Shown in pieces: positions 1 through 9,870 of a DNA stretch of 64,000 nt. The position numbers and the translations under genes are program-made. The notes beneath the pieces were generated by a model, which searched no databases, was not told the origin of the DNA, and saw nothing but the letters and a program-made list of their open reading frames with translations. Source of the DNA: a virus (lineage: Duplodnaviria > Caudoviricetes); IMG/VR virus record IMGVR_UViG_3300038673_000315, positions 5,412-69,411 of that record; one strand, 5' to 3'. The number at the start of each line of letters is the position of its first letter. Within the stretch, counting starts at the first letter, position 1.

Positions 1-397
1 TCAACGGGTTTATGTACGCCGTTTCGGTGAGCGCATTGCCTCTGGCTTGATACGGAAACCGGTTTACAACAAAGGGTGCGTGTCTGTTCCCGTCCGAAAA
101 TCCAACCATGACCATCTGGCCGGGTATCAATCCTTCATGCAGTCCGTTAAGATTCCGCGTAATCGGATCAATGAAAGCATTCGGATAAGCTACTGCGGAA
201 ATCTGCCCGCCTCTGACCGGCTTGACTGTGACCATGCCCTGCTTGAAAATAGGTTCGGGCTGCGGCAAGAAAATTTCTGCCGGTATCATTTGGAATGTCC
301 CGGCAGCTTGTGTCTGAAACATATTATCGTACATGTTCCGGACATAAGTGTCATTGCCAATTCGCTTGTTTTCTACACGCTTTTGCCGTTTACCCAT
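1..397 (-). CDS. Baseplate spike / Gp5-VgrG OB-fold-like protein (truncated by window edge)
   Basis: Hand-translated; not in the ORF track. ATG at 397 overlaps the TAA of the upstream gene (TAATG). MGKRQKRVENKRIG...IPGQMVMVGFSDGNRHAPFVVNR, open to position 1. The P-G-x-x-V-x-V-G-F-x-D-G-x-x-x-x-P motif and position after the baseplate hub gene fit a spike OB-fold. Confidence 0.55.
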   Translation of the reverse strand, partial: MGKRQKRVENKRIGNDTYVRNMYDNMFQTQAAGTFQMIPAEIFLPQPEPIFKQGMVTVKPVRGGQISAVAYPNAFIDPITRNLNGLHEGLIPGQMVMVGFSDGNRHAPFVVNRFPYQARGNALTETAYINPL

Positions 398-2172
398 TAC
401 TTTCCACCACTGACTGCTTTTCGTGCTGCTATTAAAGGCTTTAATTTACCATCTGTCAACCCTGATTCGGGCGGTAAAATTTCCCAATCGAACAAAAGCA
501 ATGCTGTGCTGGCAATGGTTGTTGGCAAGGGACACCCGCGAATAACATTGAAGGTTGTGGTAAAAGACAATGTTTCATTGTCAATCGCATACGCATGGGA
601 AAGAGAGTCGATATAGTAAATCCCAATATCCCGGACATTTTCAACTTTCCGCCCTGACAATGATGGAAGGTAGAGCAGATACATTCCCGCCCGCGCATAG
701 GGGATGTATCGTGTTGTTATTGATCCTTCCCGAAATCTTGATTGATTGCGAAACCAAGTCGCAAGCAGGTTCGCGAGTGCCGGTTTACCCATCATTTCCA
801 AAGGCAAGCCGAGCTTGTTTTTGGCGATCCGTTCAGTAACACTTACCGCAGTTCCGGCATTGAGTAGGTGTGTGCAATTTATTGATTGCATCATATCAAT
901 CATGCCGAACGTACTCATTCCACCAGAAGCAAATGGATTCAATGCGCCAACTGAATGAATTGGCTTGTCCATACTGTCCGGGGCTGTGGTCGCACCACCA
1001 GCACCATATCGAGCGTGAAAAACTGTTGCCTGACTTGAGCAATCCACGCCAAGACTTTTGCTGATAATATCTTCATCTGTCACAATGACGAAATCGCCGC
1101 CAACAAGCATCTGTACCGCTGTCAGGTCAAAGGCGAGTGTCTGGTTCAACACTGCCGGATTGACTGTGCCGATAAGCGGGTTTGAATACGGCAAAGACCG
1201 GGCAACAATATAATTGAAGCCCGGAGCAAGGACAGCAGGGACACCGATTGCATCAGTAACAATCGTTCTTCCTCCTGATTCGGTGTAAAACTCCATCCAC
1301 GGGGACGGAATGAAACTTTGCAAAAAAGACCAAAATGATTGACTTCCACCCTGTGACGCAACTTCAAACATGCTGGCATCGACAATCATGTTTTGCGCAT
1401 AAGAAAGGTTTGCAATCCCGCCAATCGGGTTTGCAAGCGGCAACATTCGCAGAGCAAGCGGTAAACCATCGGAAAAACTCACCCCGGTATTGAGTGTTGT
1501 CGCAATCCATGCGGAAAAAAGAGCTTTTATCCCCTCTGCTAAAGGAAGAAGTTTTAACGCGGAAACCAAATCAAGCGGGAAATGGAGCGAGTCTGCGATA
1601 TTCTGCTGCATTGAGTCGGTGGCAAGTGTGTCAAAAGAAAGAATATTTTTATTATACAGATTGCCGAGTTCGTCAATCGCCACGGAATAGGTAACTTCCC
1701 GTGAATTATCGCCGGACGATGAAGACCGAATACAGGAACGTACTGTGCCAATCATTACATGATAACCGTCAATCCAGAGCTGGCATAATGTCATGGGCTT
1801 AAATAAATCCTCAAGGTCAGTGCCAAGTTCACCCCAAATTGCAGAATATATTCCGCCGGATAGTTTATTTATAGAGTCAACCATTTCCTGAATGATTTTT
1901 TTGTCGGGAGTCATTGAAACTGAAAGAAGACCGCCGGGAGAGTTCCTGTCTTTCGTCCATGTAAAGCCGGAAATAATACCGCCCGCGTTTGTGCCAAGAA
2001 CCTCAATCGGCACAAAGGGCAAACCATACGGAGAAAATAAAAGCTGAACCTTTGGCGCATAATGTTTTTGTGGTTCTGCATACTGTAAAGCAGATTCAAC
2101 CCCGGCATTGAAAAGAAGTCTCTTGCCTGTGAAAATTGCATTTTTGTCAAGGTAGGTGTTTGTGTATTGCAT
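397..2172 (-). CDS. Baseplate hub / tail-associated protein
   Basis: 591 aa directly after the tape measure gene. C-terminal GSITTRYIPYARAGMYL...YYIDSLSHAY...TTTFNVIRG resembles hub proteins of contractile tails. Confidence 0.55.
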   Translation of the reverse strand: MQYTNTYLDKNAIFTGKRLLFNAGVESALQYAEPQKHYAPKVQLLFSPYGLPFVPIEVLGTNAGGIISGFTWTKDRNSPGGLLSVSMTPDKKIIQEMVDSINKLSGGIYSAIWGELGTDLEDLFKPMTLCQLWIDGYHVMIGTVRSCIRSSSSGDNSREVTYSVAIDELGNLYNKNILSFDTLATDSMQQNIADSLHFPLDLVSALKLLPLAEGIKALFSAWIATTLNTGVSFSDGLPLALRMLPLANPIGGIANLSYAQNMIVDASMFEVASQGGSQSFWSFLQSFIPSPWMEFYTESGGRTIVTDAIGVPAVLAPGFNYIVARSLPYSNPLIGTVNPAVLNQTLAFDLTAVQMLVGGDFVIVTDEDIISKSLGVDCSSQATVFHARYGAGGATTAPDSMDKPIHSVGALNPFASGGMSTFGMIDMMQSINCTHLLNAGTAVSVTERIAKNKLGLPLEMMGKPALANLLATWFRNQSRFREGSITTRYIPYARAGMYLLYLPSLSGRKVENVRDIGIYYIDSLSHAYAIDNETLSFTTTFNVIRGCPLPTTIASTALLLFDWEILPPESGLTDGKLKPLIAARKAVSGGK

Positions 2173-3858
2173 TTAATACTCGCCAAAATACCAATTATGA
2201 AGTGCTTCGCCGGGATTAATTAAATCTTCGGAAGCACCACGGAGTCCATCGGGCATCATTGACGAAAGATCAAACAAATTGCCTAATTTTTCAGTTATTT
2301 TGCCCAGAACATCGCAAAGAACCTCAAAAGCTGCTGTCGCATTTTCAATTCCACTTGACATGAAGTCAAGGCCAAGTCCGATTGCGGGCATTGATTTACT
2401 GGTAAGATTCATCATTGCTTTTTCAAATTTAAGAGCTTCCCGTGTAAACCTTTCGCCATAGCGGAATGTCATAGCCTCTCTTTCATTTTGCCTTCCCATT
2501 GCTGTCGCAGATATACTTGTGAGTGCGACATTTTCTTGCGCACCAAGAACACCCTGACCAGCTTGAATACTCGCAGCCGGTACGCCTGCCGCAGCATTCT
2601 GGTATGCTGCAAAAAATTGCTCTTGTGTTGCTGATCCTCCCTGATTTGCGTACACATTCCATGCCGCTCTTGCGCCTTTTGCATCAGTACCAAAATATTT
2701 TTGCTGCTGCAAAATCGAACGCCGCAACATTTCACCTTCGCCGGTCTGCGAAATCATCCTTTCGGTCAAAACCTTCACTCCCCCGACACCGACAATATCT
2801 TGAATACTTTTTAATGACACATCTTGCATTGAACCGAGCCGTCCGGATTCTTCAGCAGAAATAACACCAGCTTTTTGCATCTGTTCGAGATAAGACGCCC
2901 GCTTTGTTGGGTCTGACATTGTTTCAACGAGCATATCGCGCCCGGCTTTCCATGCCATGACATTTTGATAACCTCCAACCTGACCACGAGAAACCGCTTC
3001 TTTTGTTGAAGAAAAACTCTGTATAATTTTCATTGCAGCATCGACACTTTTTGTCTGTGTGCGCATCGTCAATGCTGTCAACTCTCCACCGATTGATTCA
3101 GCCATTGAAGACGCATCGACACCGTTTTTTACCGCCTCTTCGAGTTCTGACGAAAGAGCTGACATAAGTATTGGCAATTCTGTTTCAATTCCAGCACCCG
3201 CTGCGCCGTACATGGCAGAACCATAAGCGGCCTCTTTTCCGACACGGGCAAAAGTTCCAGCCTGTCCTAAAACTTCTTCTGGTGATAGTCCAAATATATT
3301 TGCCATTCGCAATGAATTTTGATTTATTGCGCCACGCCCCGATGCAAATCGTCCAGTCTGCATTGCATACGCTTTTCGTCCACCACCTATTTCTGCTGCT
3401 GAAAACAGTGCCGAGCTAACGTTATTTGTTCCAGTGATCCCTGCATTGCCCTTTTGCTGCATACCAAGAGACAAATACGCATCTGCAACCTGATTTATTT
3501 TGTTTAGTGCAAACCCGACAATAGCAACAACCGCCCCGATATACGGAAGAGAAGATCCTACATTCCCAATACCAGTATCTCCAAATCTTCCCCCACCTGT
3601 TGCGCCACCACCTGCCGCCGCGCCACGTCCTGATCTCGACACTGCCCGCTCAAGACTTTTGTTTGAGTCTATGAGTTTTTTTATAGAGTCGTTCAGCTTC
3701 CCGGTCTGTTGCACTCCGGCATCTTTTGCGCCCCCGGCTTGAGCCGCTGCGCCTGAACCGGATTGTTTTTTTACCAGACTTTCAAGCTGCTTTCTTTGGC
3801 GGTCTATCCCGCGCCCGGCGTCTTTGTATTCAAATTTTATTTTATAATCCATCGACAA
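2173..3858 (-). CDS. Tape measure protein
   Basis: 561 aa, Ala/Gly/Gln-rich and helical, downstream of tube and chaperone genes. Confidence 0.7.
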   Translation of the reverse strand: MSMDYKIKFEYKDAGRGIDRQRKQLESLVKKQSGSGAAAQAGGAKDAGVQQTGKLNDSIKKLIDSNKSLERAVSRSGRGAAAGGGATGGGRFGDTGIGNVGSSLPYIGAVVAIVGFALNKINQVADAYLSLGMQQKGNAGITGTNNVSSALFSAAEIGGGRKAYAMQTGRFASGRGAINQNSLRMANIFGLSPEEVLGQAGTFARVGKEAAYGSAMYGAAGAGIETELPILMSALSSELEEAVKNGVDASSMAESIGGELTALTMRTQTKSVDAAMKIIQSFSSTKEAVSRGQVGGYQNVMAWKAGRDMLVETMSDPTKRASYLEQMQKAGVISAEESGRLGSMQDVSLKSIQDIVGVGGVKVLTERMISQTGEGEMLRRSILQQQKYFGTDAKGARAAWNVYANQGGSATQEQFFAAYQNAAAGVPAASIQAGQGVLGAQENVALTSISATAMGRQNEREAMTFRYGERFTREALKFEKAMMNLTSKSMPAIGLGLDFMSSGIENATAAFEVLCDVLGKITEKLGNLFDLSSMMPDGLRGASEDLINPGEALHNWYFGEY

Positions 3859-4327
3859 TTCCTTTTCCGCTCAGTTTGTCGAACATATCTTTCTGTTTAT
3901 CTATGCGCTTTTGCAGTTCAGTGTAAACACCATCATTCGCCATCCCGCTCTGCGGTTTTTTCTTTTTCCAGTCTTCGCTTTCAAAGCCGTACTCTTTTCG
4001 GAGTTCTTCGAGTTTCGCTTTTTTCATTTCTTCAAGTCTTTTCTTTTTCGCCTCTTGAATATCAAGACCTTGTAGTCTTAACAGGTCGCGATCTGCTGCG
4101 GAGAGTTTCACGTCTTTTAGTGTCATTTCTTCGATTGCTGCTGATTCCCTCTGGAATGATACATCGAGAGTCCAGTTTTCTTGTGACGGTATGACGGCAA
4201 AAAGATAAATTAAAAATGCCTGTTGCCGTTCATGCAGGTTGTTCATATCGAGTGTGGCCGGGTAAACTTTGAAATGTTTCATCATAAACCCGGTCATAAA
4301 ATATTCACTCTTTTGCGCTTCCTTCAA
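3842..4327 (-). CDS. Tail assembly chaperone, second (frameshift-extension) segment
   Basis: Overlaps the upstream chaperone; its frame is open from the A9 run at 4336-4344; immediately precedes tape measure. Confidence 0.6.
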   Translation of the reverse strand: MKEAQKSEYFMTGFMMKHFKVYPATLDMNNLHERQQAFLIYLFAVIPSQENWTLDVSFQRESAAIEEMTLKDVKLSAADRDLLRLQGLDIQEAKKKRLEEMKKAKLEELRKEYGFESEDWKKKKPQSGMANDGVYTELQKRIDKQKDMFDKLSGKGIVDGL

Positions 4328-4664
4328 AGGTTTTATTTTTTTTTAACTTCCCGTCAAGGGCTTCTGTGAGATTCTTTATTTCTTCAAATAAAGATTCAAT
4401 AATCCCGGAGTCGGGAATATCAAGAGCTTTGCTCCAGTCTGTGTTTTCGGGAAATTCCACCGTGCAGGCGTCTATTGTCGCCAGCTTTTCGGCAAAAATT
4501 GCATCCTGAAAAGATATTGATTCGAGCGCAACACCGCCAAGAAGATAAGCCTTCTTGACGGCAATTTCCATGCGCTCTTTGGGCAAAACTGCTTTGATTG
4601 AAAAATCAAGCCCTTTGATCTTTACGGTTTTTGTGCTTTCTTTCTTAATGTCAAGAATGTTCAT
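4305..4664 (-). CDS. Tail assembly chaperone
   Basis: 119 aa between tube and tape measure; ends near a TTA AAA AAA AAT run. Confidence 0.65.
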   Translation of the reverse strand: MNILDIKKESTKTVKIKGLDFSIKAVLPKERMEIAVKKAYLLGGVALESISFQDAIFAEKLATIDACTVEFPENTDWSKALDIPDSGIIESLFEEIKNLTEALDGKLKKNKTFEGSAKE

Positions 4665-4688
4665 TTTCCATTTTCTCCGTTTTGTTTT

Positions 4689-5153
4689 TTATGATGTTTG
4701 CAGTCCGGGCAATACCGCCTTTGACTGCCAACGAGTGCCAAGAGTATTGAGTGCGCCCACTGCGATATTTACATTTCTACCGCCCGGCTTGCACCCCAGA
4801 GCGGTCAGCAGGACAGTGAGTGTGTGAATATCAATCGCGGTAAAGGCATAATAGCCACTTGAATTGATATTTGACGTTCCGTCCGGTCTCCATCCGGGAA
4901 TTGACAATGCGCCCTGCACATCCTCACCCAAGAGCAAATATGTATTGATATTGATATTTGCATTGTATGACAATGATTTGAAATCACGCGCACCGTAAAA
5001 GCCGAGAGTCTGAATTGATTCAAGGCGAAAATCTTCATCAATCGAAAACTCACTGGTGAAAGCAAGGATTCGATTATCTTGCATTATGATACTGTCTATC
5101 CCCGCACCAACAGGGGCATTCCCTTCGGGAGTTGAACCATTGTAAAACGGCAT
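4689..5153 (-). CDS. Tail tube protein
   Basis: 154 aa, beta-rich, immediately downstream of the sheath gene. Confidence 0.75.
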   Translation of the reverse strand: MPFYNGSTPEGNAPVGAGIDSIIMQDNRILAFTSEFSIDEDFRLESIQTLGFYGARDFKSLSYNANININTYLLLGEDVQGALSIPGWRPDGTSNINSSGYYAFTAIDIHTLTVLLTALGCKPGGRNVNIAVGALNTLGTRWQSKAVLPGLQTS

Positions 5154-5170
5154 AATATTCTACCTTCCCT

Positions 5171-6934
5171 TTATATTGTTTGTCCGGGGACAATAAATTC
5201 ATTGGTAATAAACGCAAATCGCGGAGTAACCGACATTGTTAGAACCGCCTTTGCCGTAAACACTTCGCCGGAAATAGAAAATTCAACACGGTCGAAAGCC
5301 TTTTGGCCGTTCGGCGCATCGGTGATCCACTTTTTAACGTTCTTGTAATACGGGTACAGTTCGGTAATGAGCCAGTTTTGAATTTTCGCGATAATCACAG
5401 AGTTTGCCACTTCGTCAAGTTTGCGAATTTCTTCTGTGATTTTCAATTCCTGATCCTTCGTCAAAACATTCACCATATATACGACCGCCGGATTTGTCCT
5501 TGTAACCTGCGAACCTTGAAAGGTTGTGTTGTTTCCGACAATCGTAAACAGGTTTCCGCTGGTTGCATCGTCTGACTTCTGAATGAGTGTTGCGCCCGCA
5601 TCAAGATAATCGCTTATGTCCGAGCGTTCAACTTCGGGAGTGCTTAAAACATTCAGATACTTAAAAACAATATCCATGCCAACATTGTTCGCGTACCTGA
5701 GTCCGGCGACAAGCGCATACAGATAATACGGTTCAAAGGTTCTGCGTTCCCCGGAAATATAATCAAACCGGTCAAATTCGGAAACGCAATATTCAACGTA
5801 TGCGGAATTGAGAGACTTCATTTCTTTAATCCGCAGAGCCTTTGTATTGACCGATGAACCAGCACCAAAACCGCATTGCCGGTATCTGCGAATTTCAATA
5901 TCATTCATTGCTTCAACGTGCGCTTTGGCAAGCTGGTGAATTGTTTCGCTTCCAGACATTACGACAATATTATTGAGCTGATATTTTTTCAGCTTTTCAA
6001 ATGCGTCAGTCCAGTTCTGTGTTGTTGCAGCTGAAACTGATCCGCCTGAAAAATACTCAAAACTTGTCAGGTTCGCGGGAATTACCCGTGTTGCGCCAGA
6101 CGCAAAAGTAACGTCCAAATCTTCAAGGCTTGAAAGTTGCCTGATAATTGCCTCGACCGTGCCAACAACACTATACTCTGCGGTCTTAATATCCTGAGCT
6201 GTGACAATATCGAACACGTCAGCCTTTTCGTCTGACTTCCCAGAGAGGGTGCAGGTGTACGCCGGGTTGTTATTGATAAAATTTATCAAACTTCCCAAAT
6301 CCGTATAATCTGCAAGAGTAATGTCCAAATCTTCGCCGGTCGTACCGGTAACTGTGGTTGTAATTTTTGTTGCGGTAATTGACATTGTAGCTACCGATCC
6401 GGTTCCGATGTAGCGAATGTCAAAAAGCGGTAACTGGACATCATCTTTTTTCAAAACTGATTCGCCCTTATACAACACTTCAACCATCTTTCCAGTGTTC
6501 GATCCGGCTGAAAGTTTGATTGCGTAAAGGTTTCCGTCTGTGCCGAATTTCTTTGACTTCAACACAAGAATATTGTTTGCGCCGCTGTCTTTCAAATTGA
6601 TCTCTGCTTGCGTCATCTGGTTTACAACAAGACAAATTGCGCTTTGCGGTTTGTTGAAGCGTTCGTCTGTTGTCGGTGTCAGATAAAATTCTGCACCATA
6701 ATACAGGTCTCCGCCGCCGAAAACATTTTTTGCCTGTGTCGGGTCACTGACAATATTCAGCACATCTTCAACGCTTTCAAAAGCGTCAAAGGGAATCCCG
6801 CCGTTTTTCGCTTCGCCCATGATAACAACACGCCCGGTAATCGCTCCCGCGCTTGAATTATCAGGGAAAACCCGCTTTACATACGTTCCGGGAATATTGA
6901 TCCGCCGTCCCGCAAAATCGTAATAATTACCCAT
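5171..6934 (-). CDS. Contractile tail sheath protein
   Basis: 587 aa; N-terminal IPGTYVK and GRVVIMGEAKNG, FSGGS...WTDAFEKL motif; size and position typical of myovirus sheaths. Confidence 0.88.
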   Translation of the reverse strand: MGNYYDFAGRRINIPGTYVKRVFPDNSSAGAITGRVVIMGEAKNGGIPFDAFESVEDVLNIVSDPTQAKNVFGGGDLYYGAEFYLTPTTDERFNKPQSAICLVVNQMTQAEINLKDSGANNILVLKSKKFGTDGNLYAIKLSAGSNTGKMVEVLYKGESVLKKDDVQLPLFDIRYIGTGSVATMSITATKITTTVTGTTGEDLDITLADYTDLGSLINFINNNPAYTCTLSGKSDEKADVFDIVTAQDIKTAEYSVVGTVEAIIRQLSSLEDLDVTFASGATRVIPANLTSFEYFSGGSVSAATTQNWTDAFEKLKKYQLNNIVVMSGSETIHQLAKAHVEAMNDIEIRRYRQCGFGAGSSVNTKALRIKEMKSLNSAYVEYCVSEFDRFDYISGERRTFEPYYLYALVAGLRYANNVGMDIVFKYLNVLSTPEVERSDISDYLDAGATLIQKSDDATSGNLFTIVGNNTTFQGSQVTRTNPAVVYMVNVLTKDQELKITEEIRKLDEVANSVIIAKIQNWLITELYPYYKNVKKWITDAPNGQKAFDRVEFSISGEVFTAKAVLTMSVTPRFAFITNEFIVPGQTI

Positions 6935-6946
6935 GTTTTGCCCCTT

Positions 6947-7156
6947 TTACTCCTTGTAGAATTTTTCAAGAAGAGAGTCCCACTCTTTTCTTGTCTTCAG
7001 GTCTGTTTTCATAACGCCGTTCCGGTATAACCAGTTGGCGAATACAGTATCAATGCCGTGTTTTTTTGAGAAATTGGCAAGAAAATACATCAAAGAAATT
7101 TTCTCTGATTTTTCCCTTGCCGGATATTCCCGATCCTTTACCGCTTCATCAATCAT
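6947..7156 (-). CDS. Small virion-associated hypothetical protein
   Basis: 69 aa, coupled in the late operon just before the sheath gene. Confidence 0.5.
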   Translation of the reverse strand: MIDEAVKDREYPAREKSEKISLMYFLANFSKKHGIDTVFANWLYRNGVMKTDLKTRKEWDSLLEKFYKE

Positions 7157-7913
7157 TTATTATTTCCCCCGATGTGGTGGTTTCAAGGTCAACTACAACC
7201 GAAGAGAACCGCTCTTCGGAGTAAACCATGTAGTTGTTTCTCGTATTGAGAAATTGAATGCTGTATTCTGTTCCATAAAGAACGCGCCCGAAATTGAAAT
7301 TTGTCAAGCCTTTAACAATGGACATTTTCATATTTTTGACTTTGCTGTCGTCACCCATAAAGCCGACAAGCGCATCGGAAAGAATTGATTCAACCATCAT
7401 TGAGAGAACCATGTCCATATCACTTGTTTCAGTCCAGAGTGAAATATTCACCTCTTCGTTTTGCCGGTATTTATTCACCCGACAAAACACACTATGTCCC
7501 TCTGCCTTTATTCTTTTAATCAATGCAATTTGAGCGTCTGTGATAATACCCGCCTGAACACGGTCTTTCATCTGCGTGTTTTTTATCACATCATATTCGG
7601 CAATCCAATCATCATCTATTGCGATGGTTGCCTGACCATGCCCCATGACAATGCCGTCACTTGCCGGGTTTCCCGGAGTAATGCCGATTGCAGGGACGAT
7701 ATTTGAGTTGTTGCTTGGCATTGTTTCGGCATTATTGGCAAGCTGTCTCTGCATAAGAAGTACAAGCGGATGTTCTTTTGATACATTGATATTTTTAACC
7801 ATGCCGTTTGTCACCCCAGACAGGTCACGCAATGCCAGTTCGTTTTTTATCAATGTAATAAAAAATTCAATCGGATGTATTTCATAGTCGTTGAATTTTG
7901 TGATAATGTTCAA
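7149..7913 (-). CDS. Tail terminator / neck protein (putative)
   Basis: The track starts at 7943. TTG at 7913 has a GGGAGG Shine-Dalgarno and overlaps the upstream TGA, so it is the likelier start. Function inferred from position. Confidence 0.5.
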   Translation of the reverse strand: MNIITKFNDYEIHPIEFFITLIKNELALRDLSGVTNGMVKNINVSKEHPLVLLMQRQLANNAETMPSNNSNIVPAIGITPGNPASDGIVMGHGQATIAIDDDWIAEYDVIKNTQMKDRVQAGIITDAQIALIKRIKAEGHSVFCRVNKYRQNEEVNISLWTETSDMDMVLSMMVESILSDALVGFMGDDSKVKNMKMSIVKGLTNFNFGRVLYGTEYSIQFLNTRNNYMVYSEERFSSVVVDLETTTSGEIIND

Positions 7914-8692
7914 GATAACGCCTCCCGCACTACCGCCTTGCAAAATTCAGCCATGACCTCCGCCATGCGTTTATCGACATACTGCTTAACTGATTGAAAA
8001 ACAGGTTGTGGCGATTTGTTGGGGTATTGCCACCCTTTTGATTTTTCGTAAACTCTGCGGAAAAGCCCGTACTGTGAATGATATTTTTGCGTGTTGTATT
8101 GTGTTAAACCGAGAGCCGATATTTTTCTTTGGCCTGATTGCAGAGAACCGCTTGACACCTTCCCGCCACTTTTCAAAATATCGTGCATTTCCTTTGACAT
8201 CTCGCGCCCTCCGAAAGAAGAAAGACTTTTACCTGTTCCCTTCTTCTTTGGAGTCGCAACAGGGAAAGGCACGATAATATATTTAATCCCGTCTTTGCCG
8301 ATTTTCGCCTTGTCTGACTTCAAAAGCGCATCCTTGATTGACCACGATTTCACACCTTCTTCAACCATCATGGCGAACATGAATAAAGGTCGATTGCTGG
8401 TTTTGTCAAGAGCGGATTCATCGAGAAAAACTTCTCCAGTCTCCCCGGAAAAATCAGACTTGATTGCCTTTGCGTATTTCTCACCCCATCCGCCGATTGA
8501 CGCCGCTTTGCTTATCCAGTAATCTTCTGTTTCATTAACCATGAGTTCAATCAGTGCAGGGATTGCGGAGTGTATTTTTTCGCCCAAATCTGCAAACTTT
8601 TCTTGTGACGCATCTTCGGCCATGCTGATTGCGCTTGATATACTTTCAAGTGCTGCGCTCATAAGTTCTTCTTCATCAAAAGTGAAAGTCAA
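7910..8692 (-). CDS. Neck / tail-completion protein (putative)
   Basis: 260 aa with SWSIKDALLKS..K.GKDGIKYIIVPF motif, in the head-tail joining block. Confidence 0.5.
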   Translation of the reverse strand: MTFTFDEEELMSAALESISSAISMAEDASQEKFADLGEKIHSAIPALIELMVNETEDYWISKAASIGGWGEKYAKAIKSDFSGETGEVFLDESALDKTSNRPLFMFAMMVEEGVKSWSIKDALLKSDKAKIGKDGIKYIIVPFPVATPKKKGTGKSLSSFGGREMSKEMHDILKSGGKVSSGSLQSGQRKISALGLTQYNTQKYHSQYGLFRRVYEKSKGWQYPNKSPQPVFQSVKQYVDKRMAEVMAEFCKAVVREALS

Positions 8693-9867
8693 TTCCTTTC
8701 CCCCAACAAAGTCAATACATCCGAGTCTGTGATTTTTGACCAGCTTTTCGCGTAAACCAGTTTCGGATATTGCTTGTTTTCAAGATTGTTCGGCTGTGGG
8801 TTGTTTTCAAAAACAATGTATGCCGGTTTATATCCATATCGAACGGAAATACTTTTTCCATCCTCCGGCCTGTTGTCTGTCAACCATTCGATATACCGCC
8901 CGCGTAAAACATAGTCAATGCCAATATTGTACGCTTTCCCGGTCGAGTCAAGAATTGTCTCATTCAGGTCGTATGGTTCAAGCTCCCAGAGTTCATCATG
9001 TGTTCCGATGTGTGTCAATATCTGGTTTTTGTAAAGGACAGTTGCGGCAAGAATGATAATATCGCCTTTGGCGAAATTCCACCACGGGAAAAAAGCCATT
9101 CGGCACTCACCGCTTTTCAGTTCATTCGTCCACTTTTCAAGATTGTCCGTGTTGGCAATGTCATTTGTAATAACAAGCCCCATATCGGCAACATGGTAAT
9201 CTGCATAATATTTCCCGTCTTTGATTGTTTCATCGTCACCTATTGCAATGTAATTGCTGGAAAAGGTAAAATTTTTTATCTCTGTACCGTCTTCATGGTA
9301 CACCTTCGAGACACTGGCAATGTCCCGGAAAGCGTCAAGCGGATTGCTTGACTGGTATTCCGCATTGTATCGCGTACCGGGACAATACATGATTTTCAAA
9401 TCACGCATAACATTCAATTCATCTTTTATTATTTCCGTCCATCCGTCAAAGAAATAGGAAATTCTCTTCTTTTCGTAATCCGGCACATCTTCTTTGACGA
9501 CAATTTCCGATCCAGTAAAAGACTTTACCGTCAACTCTGATATTCCGCCCTGTACCGGGGACGTAACATGTTGGACACGCACAACCTCAAGAACAGGTTG
9601 CCAGAATGGAAAAATAGATTTTCCGCACGATGGTGGTTGCTCATCGGACACGAAAAACCGTCGCTGATATGTGTAAACATACCCTTTCCCCCGGCAGACG
9701 GCACAGTACATGTCTGGTGATCCGTTATTATCGCCTGCACACGGACACGGGACAGCTTGCCTGATTTTGCAAAGCTGCCCGTGATTCATTATGAGTTTTT
9801 TGAAACTCTCCGGGTTTCCGTAAACAACAAGAGCCGATTGCTGGCCTATGTTTGTGTTTATGCCCAT
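8689..9867 (-). CDS. Virion structural (neck/head-closure) protein
   Basis: 392 aa; CPC...C..C.GKG.VY zinc-binding N-terminus; late operon. Confidence 0.5.
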   Translation of the reverse strand: MGINTNIGQQSALVVYGNPESFKKLIMNHGQLCKIRQAVPCPCAGDNNGSPDMYCAVCRGKGYVYTYQRRFFVSDEQPPSCGKSIFPFWQPVLEVVRVQHVTSPVQGGISELTVKSFTGSEIVVKEDVPDYEKKRISYFFDGWTEIIKDELNVMRDLKIMYCPGTRYNAEYQSSNPLDAFRDIASVSKVYHEDGTEIKNFTFSSNYIAIGDDETIKDGKYYADYHVADMGLVITNDIANTDNLEKWTNELKSGECRMAFFPWWNFAKGDIIILAATVLYKNQILTHIGTHDELWELEPYDLNETILDSTGKAYNIGIDYVLRGRYIEWLTDNRPEDGKSISVRYGYKPAYIVFENNPQPNNLENKQYPKLVYAKSWSKITDSDVLTLLGERN

Positions 9868-9870
9868 TCT

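Noticed and set aside
47-616. 189-aa plus-strand ORF
   Set aside because: Antisense to two coupled baseplate genes.
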